Shown one piece after another: positions 49,292-62,899 of a stretch of 64,000 nt of DNA (position 1 is its first letter; each line of letters opens with the position of its first letter). The stretch lies in contig NW_026862168.1 in assembly GCF_026571515.1 (NCBI RefSeq), forward strand, positions 62,001 to 126,000, given 5' to 3'. The position numbers and the translations under genes were made by a program. Origin of the DNA: Ruditapes philippinarum. Taxonomy: Eukaryota. The notes beneath the pieces are model-generated. The model was given only the letters and a program-made list of their open reading frames with translations, had not been told where the DNA came from and ran no database searches.

Positions 49292-52200
49292 ATGGACTTA
49301 AGTCAGTATTTGACAGATACGGACCTGTGTCAATTCATTGCAGAAAATTATTCTCTACATGTGTTGGATGTAACAAAACTGGAGGGATATGAAGACATTA
49401 ACCTAAAGGTTCGAGTCAAGAAAACACTTTCTAGTAGATCTACATCAACAGATGTAGTTGATAATGTTTACGTCTTCAAGATTTCACATTTTACTACGGA
49501 TATAAATACACTCGGTATGCTTTTGTTTTATTTTTACTACGATATCAATCAGTATATTTATAGCACACCTATCAATTTTGTTGATGAGGATAGACCCCAT
49601 CACATTATAATGAATATAACAATGAAAACTTCCCTGCCTCTTGTTTTGTCATATTTGTAGTATGTGATAATTGTGTATGTTAAGCACATGTGCGACTTAG
49701 TAAAGTATTTAGCGTTATGTGATTGGTAAAAGGGGTTCATCAAACTTTTTATGTCACCACCGGAAGTATGTATTTGGAGACATATAGTTTTTGCAGTGTC
49801 CATCCTTCCGTCTGCCTTTTCGTCCGTCTTTCCGTCACGTATTCGTCCGTGTTTCCGTAACGACTTTGTGTCCGTCCATAACTTTGTCATTTATGGGTGG
49901 AAAGGATCTAGGTCTTCAGCTCAAAGGTCAAGTTTACACCTGGACTTCTAAGTTCTTTTTTTCATATAAGCACGAATGTTCGTTCCTGTCATTCCTGGAT
50001 TGATTTAAAAGTTACTATTCATAAATGGTTGGACCAGAATGACGATGTGTCGCGCAAAAATCATGACCCTTTCTCAAAGGTCAAGGCCACATTTATAGAT
50101 CCAAAATTGTTGTATGATATTTTTTTCATTTAAAAGTGCACTGATGTCCGTGTTCGTTCAACATTTTGTTCATTTTTAAAATGATTAAAAAATGACCATA
50201 AATATTTGTGTTGGACATAATGACAATATGTCGTGCGCATAAGTCAGGTAGCTAGCTCTTATGTCAAGGTCACACTTGTATTTCAAAGTCATGATGTTGA
50301 TCATTCATGATCTGATTTTGAAACAACTTTGCCTAAGTGTTTTGTTCATTGTACATGATGTGACTAGGTGTCACATGCAAGAATCACGTCTCCAGCTTAA
50401 AGGTCCAAATCACATCTATATACCAAAGTCATGATAAAATAATTCTTAAAGTGCACTGAAAGTTGTCTCCGGTCAACAATTCAGCCATTTACGGAGTGAT
50501 TTTAAAATAACTTGGCCTAGATAATGACATGTCGTGCATAGGAGTCAGGATTTCAGTTTAAAGGTCATTGTCACATATATTGTGAATAAATGGTTTCCTT
50601 ATGTGCATAGATTTGTCAAGTTCATGCTTAAATGTCAACATATTCATGATAGGATGCATTGATAGCCATGTCAAGTCCATATCTTTGTCCATTCAGTGAC
50701 ATACATATTTAGTCGTATTTTGTACATACGACTATTTAAGTGCGGGGTTCGTCGGGGTGGTGCTCTTTTGATAATAATAATAATAATATATCACAAACTC
50801 CGTGAGTCCATTTTTTCTGTTTTGTGAAATAATTAGACATACATTTATGGCACATTAGGGAAACTTGTCACACACAAACGCCATGACGAAGTGAACGTCA
50901 AAATAGCACGTAGATGGTTGTGTCTGGTCATCATTTATAACTCATTCATGGATATTTTTAAAATAAATTGGCACACTGAGAATATATGAAAGTAATTGTA
51001 AATGGTTCTATTTTCTTGAAACATTTTTTTTAATAGTAACCATGCCTTTGATAGTCAAACTTCATAGTTCCTCTGCTAGAGCTGTTTGGGTAATTGACGT
51101 CTCGGGTACTACTGTTGGTACCATGGTACCTAGAAGTATAGTCGATATAACTGGAACTCTCGAAACTGCTTTATGTTTCTCGGAATTACTTGTTTGTACC
51201 CGGTTATACTAAAAGATACGAAAGACCTGTGGGGACATTTTAACTTCACGAATTCCTGATCTTCGTGAATTCATAATATTTAACTTCGTGAATTCACGTT
51301 TTAAACACACGGAATTCACGATTTCAACTTAACAAATTCAACTTTATTAATTCATTATTTCAACATCCTGAATTCACGATTTCAACTTCATGAATTCACG
51401 ATTTCAACTTCATGAATTCACGATTACAATCTCACGAATTCTCGATTTTTCAACTTCATGAATTCACGACTTCAACTTCACGAATTTACGATTTAAATTT
51501 CACGAATTCAACCACGTCAATTCACGATTTCAACTTAACGATTTCAACTTAACGATTTCAACATCATGCTATTTTAACTTCGAATTCACGATAGCAAATG
51601 AAGTTGAAATCGTGAATTCGTGAAGTTGAAATCGTGAATTCATGAAGATGCAATTGAAAATGTCTTTTTATTTTAACAAATATTCATAGTAGTATTTTTC
51701 TCAAAACATACAAATTTCTTTATAAATTCAAGCTATAATCAACTGCTTTTCGCATCGCACATATACTTTTGTGTGTGAAAGAAACAACAGCAAAAACAAT
51801 AACAACAGACAATTAATCCAAACAAGAACAAAATAATTTCCTAAGATAAAGTAGACTTATTTTCCCTTGTATGGGTTTATGGGGCCAATGGTAAGGAAGG
51901 GGGGGGGGGGGGTTAAAAGGAATAAAGTGCTCGTAGACAAAGCAGTTACGTAAATTGTTTTACGACATCACTTCTTTCGGGGTCCGTCTACCAGTGAGTA
52001 CTTTTTACATGGATGGTAACTGTCTAGTATACTAAAATATACGCATGTGGGGAGGGCTACATGTAGAACCCGAGACAACTATAACCACAACAGCTCTACT
52101 GTGTGGCCCTCATTTAGTGGGGATCGACTGGGCGGCGTTTGTCTGTTTCAAATTGAATACCTTCTTTATGTTTATAAATGTTTTAATGGTTGGACACCAA

Positions 52201-55200
52201 AATGTTAAAATATCACATTTACATTATGTTTGTATATCATTCATGTTACAAAGTATTATTGTTGTTCTAGTTTAAGTTCTATTTCAGAACTTCAAAACCA
52301 AATGATGCTGTATTTAGCGAACCATAGGATAGTGGCGTGTGTACCAAAAGCGACAACGCGAGGAAAATACACTGAATTGTTTACAACAATGGGAGGTTTG
52401 CAGAATTTATTCACCATCAATAAACTTTATTGAGACTTGATGGTATACGGTATTTTTTCATATATGTAAAAATTGTTTGAAAACCATTTTTATCGTTGTA
52501 ATAGATGTACCATTCGTTTTTAAATATCAATAGTTTTGGTAGTGTTTACAGGGGCGTATCACGTTTGGGAGGGGCGGGGGGCGCAGGATCTGACCATAAG
52601 TGTCTGTGGTTTTGTAATGTCCGCATACAATCCAGTACATATATAGACAGCCCTTGGCATACCTCAAATTTGTCGCCTGCTAGAAATGTTACATGGTTGA
52701 TATAATTCGTTTGTATCAAAATTTTCAAAAATAAATAAATTATAGGAAAAAGCATGGCCTTGGGGACAACGAGGACATTTTCCCTCGAGAAAACCCGAAA
52801 TGCAGCGTATGATATTCCCGCATAAAAGTTGAGTTCGATAAACTGAAACTGTTTTATCAAATGCTACACAAATGAAGATTTAACGTAAATTTCAAATTTT
52901 TTATTTATATTTCTCTTCTCTGAATGAACTATATTCCGGTGACTTTTAAGGGTACATGTAGTATGGTATCTGACAAGACTTTTAGATACATTGCATGCAT
53001 TGCGCCTGTGCTGATTGCAAAGACTATGACTAGACAGTCTAGAACTATTATATATGGGCTCTTTAATATATTGCTTTAAATATTTGTTATTTTATTTGCT
53101 AGTTTCATAATACATGTAACTGCATATTGCAAAATAACGCATAATAATGAAAATGTGCGACATTGTGTCTAATTAAAATTTTGACTTTAATTACATAGCT
53201 ATGTGCGTGTTATTGATAGAATAGACATGCTCAAATATTTCAATTATCATACAATCACAATATTAATATCATTAGGTCTTGCTATAGGCTCAAAAAAAGG
53301 AGTTGTCATTCGACGTAAACTTCAATGGAACTCTTAGCAAAAACTAGTTAGCGAGCCTCTGAAAAAGGGATTTCTGAGTCGTAATGTGCCTTTAATATTA
53401 ACAAAATATATTCGATTCAAAGTTTATCAGTTTCATAATTATTTTCAAACTAGTATGAGGTAAAAAAAATCCTATTTCAATATGTTTTGATGAGGTGACT
53501 GATTCTGCTAAATTATCAGGCATGCACTTTATCAGCAGAAATCAATGTAATGACATGATTAAAGTGAGGAGTTGGTTAAATGTATCCAAGAATTTAAAAA
53601 AATGGAAGGATTTCATTGGACAAAATATAGTTACAGCCACAAATTTCTTTTATAAACAGGCCGCTTTATTACACAGGTTTAATCCTAAAAAAATACGTAA
53701 TAGTCATATTACTGAAGAAATAAATAGTTGAACTATAGTTAAAGACCAGCACCACCACAACCAATAACAACAAACAACAACAATAAAAGCAACCACAAGA
53801 AAACCCAACGAAACAAACAAATAAACAAAGAAGGGAAGTCACGTAATTATAATCTATAGTATATGTTCAATATATTTCATTTTTAACTAGATAGGAAGAT
53901 ATATGCCCGCCTGTTGAACTTTATTGATGGAGTGACATTTGAAGAAAGCGGTAAACCGAGCTATTTGCTCCACTCTATTGGAGTGTTGGTTGGCAGAATA
54001 TGCAGCACCCTAAAGGTACGTACATGTATGTTACAATCATACCTTTTTATAGGTTAGCATTGAGACTTAACACCGTTGTCACACAAAAAATAACTGCAGC
54101 GACATTTTTTAATGACCTTCACATTTAGTAACATTATCCACGCATGATAAGAATAATGTACGAAACTTGTTTCTAAATTGTTTTTTTTTTACTTTCAATT
54201 ACATGACTGTATGCGTGTTAATGACTGAATGGACCCGTTCAAAGATAGCAATCGTCAACCATCACGAACTTTAACATCGTAATTCAGAAGAGCAGCACGT
54301 CTCCAGATTCTTGCTTATTTTCATGAAAAACAAGTAAAATGAATTAAAAGGTACAATGGTGTCAGGTGAAGAAAGGAAGTAACTTACACATTGCAAACGG
54401 CACCTAAAATCTACCAAAATTACCAAAAATAGATAATGATATGGGAAAAATATACATTACTACGCTAGTAACGCAGTAGAAATATGTTGATAAATACTGT
54501 AAAATCAGATCATTATTTGTATACAGCATGTTAATTATTTCTTGGATTACGAACACTTACTTTTCGTACATTTTTCATTTAAAAAAATATTTTTGCTCAT
54601 CTGGAGGTGTGCAGTCTGCTTTAATGAAGTATAAAACCACATAATAACTACTTGTTTTAAAACATTCTTTGTCAGATAGTCAAGAAAAATTATTGTACTT
54701 GTTCTGTTCTGTTAACAAAACCAGAGAAGATTGCACAATAATGTAGATGAAACAAGACCATGTGTCTCTTCCAGGATTTTCAATTTGAAAATTACAAAGA
54801 AACGACCTCCTTATTTATTCTTCATAAGGCATTGGCGTTGGAAAATCTAACTGACAAATATTTAAATGGATGTAATAGAGATATGGCAAGACAAATTTTG
54901 GAACAATATGCCAAAAAAGTTCAACCAAATCTGGAGAAGTTGCAACATGGTGAATTTCATTTTTTAGCGTTCATATAGAAGAATAGTACAGTTATTTTGT
55001 TTTCTTAATAATTATTTGGATTATGAATTCAATTATCTAAGTCTTAATGAATTTTCAATGATATTATTATTAACTAAAGCTTTATATTTTCAGAACTTTT
55101 GTATAGCTCTTGTCACACAGCTTTAAAATGTGTTTTAAAATTCAATGTTCTATACATGATATTAACCCATGCGAGACAATTCTGTAAGAAATATCATTAC

Positions 55201-55800
55201 TTCGCATCATTTAATGATTAGATTATAAATGTAATTGATTTGCGGATATATATCGCGAATTTATTTGCAGATGGTTTTTTTTAAATACAAATACATGCCT
55301 AGCTATTCCACCATAAATCTCATGTACATGTATAATACGTTTCAGGATTTATATGCGGTGATATCAACAGCAGAAATATCATTGTAAAACGATCTACAAA
55401 CGGAAGCTCGTCTGGTAACATAGAGTACGTCATTTCCGGAATCATCGATTTAGGAGACGCTTGCAAAAGCGCCTACATTTACGAAATTTCCGTTGTAATT
55501 GCCGAACTGATGTCTACGTATTTCCCGTCTATTTACCCACTCATTGTCGGCAAACAACTTCTAGAAGGAATAAGAGAGCAATTTCAGTTGACAAACCTAG
55601 AGCTGAAATTATTAAAGCTATGCATTTGTGTCAGATTACTTCAAGTTCATCTGCTTATTGAACATATCAAAACTACCCAAGACAATCTCCAGAATGATGA
55701 ATATTTTGAAAAATGTAGGCATAATTTCTTAGATGTTTGCAAATATCTATGGATGGTTACCGATGAAGTTTTCACAGACACTGTAGTAGGAAATATATAG
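49292..55800 (+). CDS. HYKK: Hydroxylysine kinase-like (APH/choline-kinase fold) paralog 1, ~361 aa, variant catalytic loop
   Basis: Exons 49292-49514 (LEGYEDINLKV), 52288-52395, 53891-54015 (RLLNFIDG), 54775-54949 and 55346-55800 (GFICGDINSRNIIV...GIIDLGD). GT-AG junctions, phases 1,1,0,1, open throughout. Confidence 0.8.
49748..50765 (+). mobile_element. Degenerate HINE-type element with AAGGTCAAGGTCA repeats
   Basis: TTTTATGTCACC...CATATAG...(TCCG)n head followed by diverged ~160-bp units. Confidence 0.55.
51234..51664. repeat. Foldback element built from ~22-bp GAATTCACGATTTCAACTTCAT repeats
   Basis: About 15 forward units, then 2-3 inverted units (GAAGTTGAAATCGTGAATTC). Ends GACATTTT...AAAATGTC. 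Confidence 0.75.
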
Positions 55801-55997
55801 ATGGTAAATAAATTAATACAAGTCTATGAACGAATGAATTTTCTTTGAGTATCGCACGGATGAAACAATAAACAATAAAAATGTACTGACGTTAAAACAT
55901 AAATTACACAATTTAAACCAATTTTCCATGTAAACAATTGATTGAATCGCCTTATTGTTTAATAAACTGTTTGATACCTTTGAATACAATGCATGAC

Positions 55998-56140
55998 GTT
56001 ACGCCGGTGGTACTACCTAGGTGCTCGTTCGTGCCCATGAAATAATGCACGAAGGGACACCTGAGGTCTCCTCAACCAGTAAAGCTGGAAAATCGCCGTA
56101 TGACCTCTACTGTGTTATTACTAGTAAAACCCAGACAAAA
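55998..56140 (+). mobile_element. 5'-truncated SINE
   Basis: GGTGGTACTACCTAGGTGC...AATGCACGAAGGGACACCTGAGGTC matches 57541-57770. Confidence 0.7.
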
Positions 56141-56262
56141 AATCGTGACAGTACATAGTCATAAGCAGGTTTTACACAATATCATTTGCAACCAGTTGTG
56201 AAGTCCTGAAGAAAAAAACATGTTCGATATTATTTAAATTACAGAAAGAAATATGCTGACTT

Positions 56263-57236
56263 ATAAATAGAGAATAACATGCTACTGTCTTTTGATATCA
56301 ATTTTATCAGGCGAGGCTGATATGGGCTAGAAAGGGCGAGGCTTGCCGAGCCCTTTCTGCCCATATCAGCCGAGCCTGATAAAATTGATATCAAAAGACA
56401 GTAGCATGTTTTTCTATTTATCATGTAACACATAACAACTGTCAAAATAAAAGAATAATCTACTTTTAAATAGCGAATTTCGTTAAAAAGGGGGATTTTT
56501 GTTCAAAGAAATAATTCTTGAAAAAAATTCCTCCGCCCCTGAAACTTAGAATTTGTTATTGGCGGCCATTTTTTCTTTCGACTCGGATAAAAGATACAAC
56601 AGATTGTAGGCCTAATACGATAAAATTCTTACCTTTAATTTAAACATCGATCCAAAAATCCACTTAGAATCACATAAACTAAACTTTACTGCAATTTTTG
56701 TCTTGAATTGTCAAATTCAAAAGTTCACGATAATTTCAATCAAAGAAAAGTCAAATCGGCAATCAAACACAAGCTACACAAACATGCGTCTTATTTTTTA
56801 AACGAAACAATTTGTTCACTTATTGAATAATAATCCGGCGAAATAAAGTAAACATTTACAAGATCTCAATGAAAATCGTCTAGCCTGTTTGTTATGATTA
56901 CATGTATAGTATGACGTGAACATCGATGATGTCATTTGCAATATAAATTATGACGTCACTTCATTTAGTTGGAGCTAAAACTATTCGCTATCTAATTTAT
57001 TCGTAATTGAAATCGAAATAATAGGCCTAAATATCGCACCTTGATTCAAGACTTGTAAGGGTATGAGATTACATTGTAGAATTCACATGCTGGTAAAAAT
57101 GAGAATGTAAGCAATTGAAAAAAGTCCGTTAAAATGAGCGGGGCTTATTTTTGATATCAGGTTACTGACCTGATATCAAAAATAATTATCAGGCAAGTGT
57201 TATCGGGCAGTTACCATAGTAGTTGCATGATAAATA
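56263..57236. mobile_element. Non-autonomous element with ~160-bp terminal hairpin (possibly Crypton-type)
   Basis: Near-perfect palindrome at 56263-56421 centred on GGCGAGGCTTGCCGAGCC. A second hairpin lies at about 57145-57185. ATAAATA occurs at both ends. Confidence 0.55.
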
Positions 57237-57540
57237 AGCGTCTTTGAATATATGTGGGGATCAGGTGATAATAACACAGTATATAAACAAGTCTATTTCC
57301 TGTTATTGCAAGAAATGTTCAAGTTAAAATACATCTGCTCCCAAGACAGGTGCAGTGATTGAAAGTAACAAGTGTTGTACTCTTACATTGAATTGTATAG
57401 GCTGTATAGGCGGTATAGGCTCGCTATTCGGGGTAATGTGATTTCGTTTATCTACTGAGAATATGTAAGAACCTTGAACAATTGAACATGTTTAAAATGA
57501 TATAATCACATACCGGTATATATAATGTTAACGTGAAAAT

Positions 57541-57770
57541 TCAAACAACTTGAACCTCACCGCTGTGGGTTCAAATCCCGACGGGGACTTTGGATTCTTT
57601 CATGTGACGAAGCTATCCAGCGTCGATGGTTCTAGTCAGGTGCCCGTTTGTGTCTGAAATAATGCACGGAAGGGCATCTGAGGTTTTCCTCCACTAATTA
57701 AGCTTGAAAGTCGCCATAGACCTAAACTGTGTCGGTGCGACGTAAAACCCAATCAAACAAATAAATCAAC
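57541..57770 (+). mobile_element. tRNA-derived SINE lacking the A-box region
   Basis: B box GGGTTCAAATCCC, conserved body, AAAC/AAAT tail. Confidence 0.8.
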
Positions 57771-57995
57771 ATGGAAAATAACTAGAAAGTACATACTAGC
57801 ATTTTATTGCATGCTTTAAAAAATGTCTTTCCAATAAAAAGATACAAGCCTGTTTTGTGAATGAATGTAATGTGAACTTAATTTGTGCGAGCCGAGCAGT
57901 CAAGACAACACGTGTGAAAATACATGTTTATTGGTTCAAGATAAAGAAAAATCCAAGTTTAATTTGTGCAGTGTGTTTAATCAATTATTTATCTC

Positions 57996-60900
57996 TTAGT
58001 TCAAATTTTCGACAAGTTCTAGTCTAAATCGCTCGTCATCAATATCCCACAAATATTTACACAAACTGATGTATTCGTCCCTATCAAGTCCAGCATACTC
58101 ATTACTCGGATCCTTTTCTAAAATCTCAGCACCCAGTACATAATACTGTATCATTCTTATACAAATAATTAATCTAAGATTATCCAATTCAACACTATTT
58201 AATTCAAATTCTTTTCTATATCCTCGTAGTATAAGTTTTCCAACTTCAAACGGATTTTGCTTTCCTTGGCACACTGCCATCATGTCCGCCATTAATGTGG
58301 CGATCTCGTACACGTAGAAGCTGACACAAGCGTCTCCGTAATCAATTAAACCGGAAATAGTATATTTATCAACTTTTGTTAAAGTTTGCAACACGATGAA
58401 ATTACAGTCATTGAAATCTCCGTGAATGTATCCTATAAAAAGAAAAGACCATAAAATAACGCTCTAAACTTACAAGATTGTCTATCAAAATGGAAAATCT
58501 TTTCTTTTGATATCAAGATTGTCTATCAAATGGACAATTTTTTTCTGAAATCAAATGTTGATATTTTGATGTATTTTGATAATTTTACAATAATTATATG
58601 ATGATTATGATTATTAATGTTCCTATGTAACAAATTCTTATATTAAATTAACTCTTAAATTATATAGTTCTCACAAATTATTTCAAATAACATAACAAAA
58701 CAGAAAGTTTATACTAGTATTTAATTTTTTAAGGTAGATATCGAAACTATTTCATATAGTATATAACCTTTCTGAAATGAGGTAATAACCGGCAAGATTT
58801 TGTTCTCGAATGCTTTGATGATATTCTCAGCAAGTTCCTTGATGTCGTTATCGCAGTATTTCTCAATGAGCGGTTTCAATTTTGGTGTTCCTGTAAGTTC
58901 CCATATTGTCTCAGAGGGTTGAATGTCTTCTTGTTCAAATGTCTATTTCAAGATTAAATATAGCGCACATAGCAATTAAATTAATATCGCAAATAATTGG
59001 GTTTTAGAATATACGCCAGAAATAACGCAGTGGCAATGCAGGGTCTTTGAAATAGTATAAACGACCCTGGTCAATGTCAATCCCCAATGTCACAGTCTGA
59101 TGTGAGTGAAGATGAAAATAATTTATAGTTCTGGAAGTAACTTCACGTAGAAAAAGAGCATTATAACGGCGATTATCGCAGTTGTTTTCCAGTAAACTTT
59201 CATATAAAATACTTGATATGGTATTGACTTTTGACAGCTATTTCTGCTCTAAATAACCCAAAGAAACAAATTGTAAAGCATATGCAACTGTATTCATTTA
59301 GATAATGATTGTCTTAAGGTTTCTTTTCTTTGTCCCACGTGATAAAGTGGACGGAGCTATAAGCCGTTTGGCGTCTGGTCAATTCTAGTCTACTTCAATC
59401 AACGAGCCGAAAGGTGTGGTATGTTTAAACTAGTTAGGATGTTTCGCATGCAAGAAGGGAAGTCTAATACTCAAAATGTGCTGCCATACACGCAATCAGG
59501 CAACAGCTGTCTTTTAGGCAATAAATGCGGTCTTATATGCCACAACAGCTCGCAGTCTTATTCGAAATCAACGCAGTATATAAGAAATTAAGGCAATGTA
59601 TACGGAATCTTGGATGTCACGCCACGTGAAATAAGTAAGGTCTTAGACTTTGATATCTGCAATTGCGACAATCAATTCTATCTGCACATGCCATCAGTTG
59701 TTTATAATGACGTGTACATCTTCAAGAATATCTTACAAGAAAACAGGCTTTTATACGTTCTGTCTTCCTGGCATTAAATGAAAGGGAACTCCATGCACTT
59801 TACTTTCTTAGCTGAACTGATATACGTAGTCTAATTGGGTAATATAATTATAACAGCACACTTTACCTGCAGGAGTTTATCAACTCTACCCGCAAATCCC
59901 CCTAAGTCTTCCATCAAATATATTGGATTTCCTGCCGACCTTAATGTGATGCCAGGTAAATAAGAAAGGACCGTGCATACTTGTTCTTCTGAATCTGAGA
60001 ATAATGTATTTAAAACACATAGTATTACATGGATGTCAAATAAAGTGCAGTATTATACGTCTTAAAATGTTAAAATCACACATTAAACAGTACAATAAGA
60101 AAGAACTGCAGATTCGAATATTAAGCAAGTACCTAAAAGCATGTTTTTTTAAAAGAGTCCTTTGTACAGTTATTAAAATATATACTCCGTTCGGGAACCA
60201 TACACAATGTAAGAATTCGGGTCAGCTCGGCCCTAAAACGTACTCGGCCCCCGAGTCAGCTCGGCCCTATTCCAACTCGGCACGGGTCAACTCGGCCCAC
60301 TTTTCAATTATTAATATTTAGGTTTGTGTTATCATTATTTATTGTAATTATTGTAATTATTTGTAATACACCTATTGATAGTTTACGAATTAGCAGCAGA
60401 CAGGCTTTTCTTATCAGTAAAATTGCGAGTAAAGATAACCGATTGCGTATATCTCACTGTATTTCTGACTTTAATACCTTTAGTGTCAAACAATGTGTAT
60501 TGTTATGGGCTATTATTATCAATAAGTGAGTATGTTAAGGAGTCCGATTAATTAGGTGATAATTATGATTGACTCATTCATTCATTTGATTAGTGACCAC
60601 CTGCAATTAATTAGAAGCTTATGATATGAAGTAAACACGTTTTTGTTTTATATTTTTTTGAATATTACTTAACAAACAAAATGCCTCTAAGGAAACACAT
60701 TTTAATTAGATCGATCTATATTAATTTTATCTGCAAACAAATAAATTAAAAATATCTAAATGTACTTATTTCGGCAGAAGTATAATTATATAACAATAAG
60801 ATATTTCTCATTATTAATTTACGTACGTAATTGTGATGCATATGCCTACCATTATTAGTATCTTCGTGAAAATTTTCTGTACAATAAGTGCTCCCAGATG

Positions 60901-61532
60901 TTGTTTTCACTGGTGTACATGTAGTTATACCGTTTACATCGAGGTATGTCATAATACTGTGCTGCAAAACTGACAAGGTTAAATTCATTGACAAGATAAG
61001 TTAAAAATCAATTAAAATAATGAATTATGATCAAATTAAATATTTTGTTAGAGAATATTTTCGTTCAGTGTACTGTACATATGTAATTGATATGCGTTAA
61101 ATTAGACCTGGGTATGTAAACGTCGCTGTCAGTAAAATTAGACAAATGAACTTACTAAGTTCAACTTAGTAAAAATAAAAACAATTTGAAGTTTTTTGAA
61201 ATTGTAACAGTTTCGCCAGTTACTGTTTCAACTTAACTCAAACTGTACACCATCTTATTTATAATCTATTTTTAATCATTTCAAAAATCAAGTAAACACT
61301 TCTTAAAGTAATTTGCAAATAAAAGTCTAAGCATACTTATTGAATCGGTACTCCCCGACGATATTTTCAATATCACCGATTCATATCCGGAATGTCCATC
61401 CGAAATCCCATCTACAATATCTATTTTAAAGTTTGCATCTATATATCCGTCAAGAGGTGTTATATTTACGACCGTTTTGCCGTATTCGTCCTTCATAACC
61501 GATTTAATCACGTCCTCATTTACACAAACCAT
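57996..61532 (-). CDS. HYKK: Hydroxylysine kinase-like paralog 2, ~351 aa, canonical motifs
   Basis: Exons 61532-61337 (LDGYIDANFKI), 60969-60850, 59994-59867 (VLSYLPG), 58942-58768 and 58432-57996 (GYIHGDFNDCNFIV...GLIDYGD). Same intron phases as paralog 1. Confidence 0.85.
60213..60300. repeat. Cluster of (AA/AG)CTCGGCCC motifs, likely a transposon terminus
   Basis: Five CTCGGC(CC) copies after GAATTC. Similar reverse-oriented clusters occur at about 2355-2410 and 17330-17375. Confidence 0.45.
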
Positions 61533-62099
61533 TGTCAAAAGGTTTAAAAAGTTTTAATTTACACTACATAATGTCATTTGTTTATATCCGGTTATGACTA
61601 AATCTTAAACAAAATGGACGCTGTAATATTTTCCAAATAACTATAATACCAAAGACTTTAAATTTTCAATGAAGGCCGTGCATTAGAAGTGATTCTATAT
61701 TAAATAACAACATCGTGTCTTAGAACAAATATAAGAATAGATCTAATTTGCATATATGTAGCCTTAAATCTGACATGCAAAAAACAAACAACGACACATT
61801 CTGTAAAAAAAGAATTATACTATTGTATATATAGTTTGCTTGCGTTTACTTTCATATTTATTTATTTATTTATTTATAGAAACATGCAAACCATAATTGC
61901 ATGTCTACATTATTATTTTATATAAAGACAATATTTCGCTTTTATAAAAATTGGCTCTTTAATTAAAATCAACCCGATGCACCTTTAATTAAAACATCAT
62001 ATCAACGCCGGTTATTGTAAAACAGTTGCACGGGGAAAGAAGCTAGTTTCACGGGGAAAGTAGCTAGTACTATGTTTTGCGCTAGTGGTGTTGGTAGTT

Positions 62100-62397
62100 T
62101 TCACTCCGGATCACCACAGGTAGCCACATTGAATTTACCAGAGCACAGTTCAGCCACCAGATCGTGCCTGGGCACCCTGACAAGCAGTTTACCAGAACAT
62201 GTGGCCTTCATTTTCGCAAGGAACTAATAACGTTTGAATACATGCCAGAACATAGGTCCAGTGCGAATGACCTGGGAAAGGATTTCATGATCAATCACAA
62301 CGAAAGTGACCTGCACCGTCCGGGAATCGAATCCGTTTAACCCGATTCACAGTCCAACGTGTTACCTATATTCATATTGTGCTTACCGGGCGGCCTC
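62100..62397 (-). mobile_element. tRNA-derived SINE, second family
   Basis: Minus-strand B-box-like GGATTCGATTCCCG followed by TTTCGTTGTGATTGATCATGAAATC, resembling a conserved mollusc SINE core. Confidence 0.65.
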
Positions 62398-62899
62398 TAT
62401 ATGTTTGCGTTAGAATAACTGGAACAGCCAACCGCTCACTGAGCATGATGACTATTTCGCAAACTTAAGATAACAGTGCGTTTACGGACCGCCCAAAAAA
62501 GTAATAATGCGTGAATGAAGATGATCAATTTTATGAAAAATATTCACGGGGGTGGAACCCCATATGGATCTCAAAATTGAACATCGGTAAAAAATATAGG
62601 CCTATGTGAATTTCCCCTACTCCAGGTGTGCGCTTTAACTCGATATGTGAAGGAGAAAATAGGTCACACACAGGTTAAGTTTTCAACGTTTAAACATTTA
62701 TATAAAATTAAAGCTGTTTTAAGAAATTCGAAATATGATTCTACCCTCCTGGCTTTCCTCTATATTTACCAAATTTTGTTCAGATTTTTATGCAGTCTTC
62801 ATCGAGGTATTCAAATACAAATACAGAGTTTTCACAAAATCTTACCACCAAACGATGCTTAACATTCAAACAAACCCTTGTTGAAACATTTATTGAGAT

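Noticed and set aside
37035-51664. Short regular repeats (37035-37190, 39015-39325, 47855-48000, 51234-51664) as CRISPR-like arrays
   Set aside because: The units are directly adjacent without unique spacers, there are no cas genes, and the context is eukaryotic.
49292-61532. Horizontal transfer of a bacterial aminoglycoside phosphotransferase
   Set aside because: Both genes have four shared spliceosomal introns and motifs typical of the native animal HYKK family.
784-62862. Most 60-150-aa ORFs in the track, many with TTG/GTG starts
   Set aside because: This is eukaryotic spliced DNA. They lie in repeats or introns, or antisense to real exons, and lack recognisable motifs.
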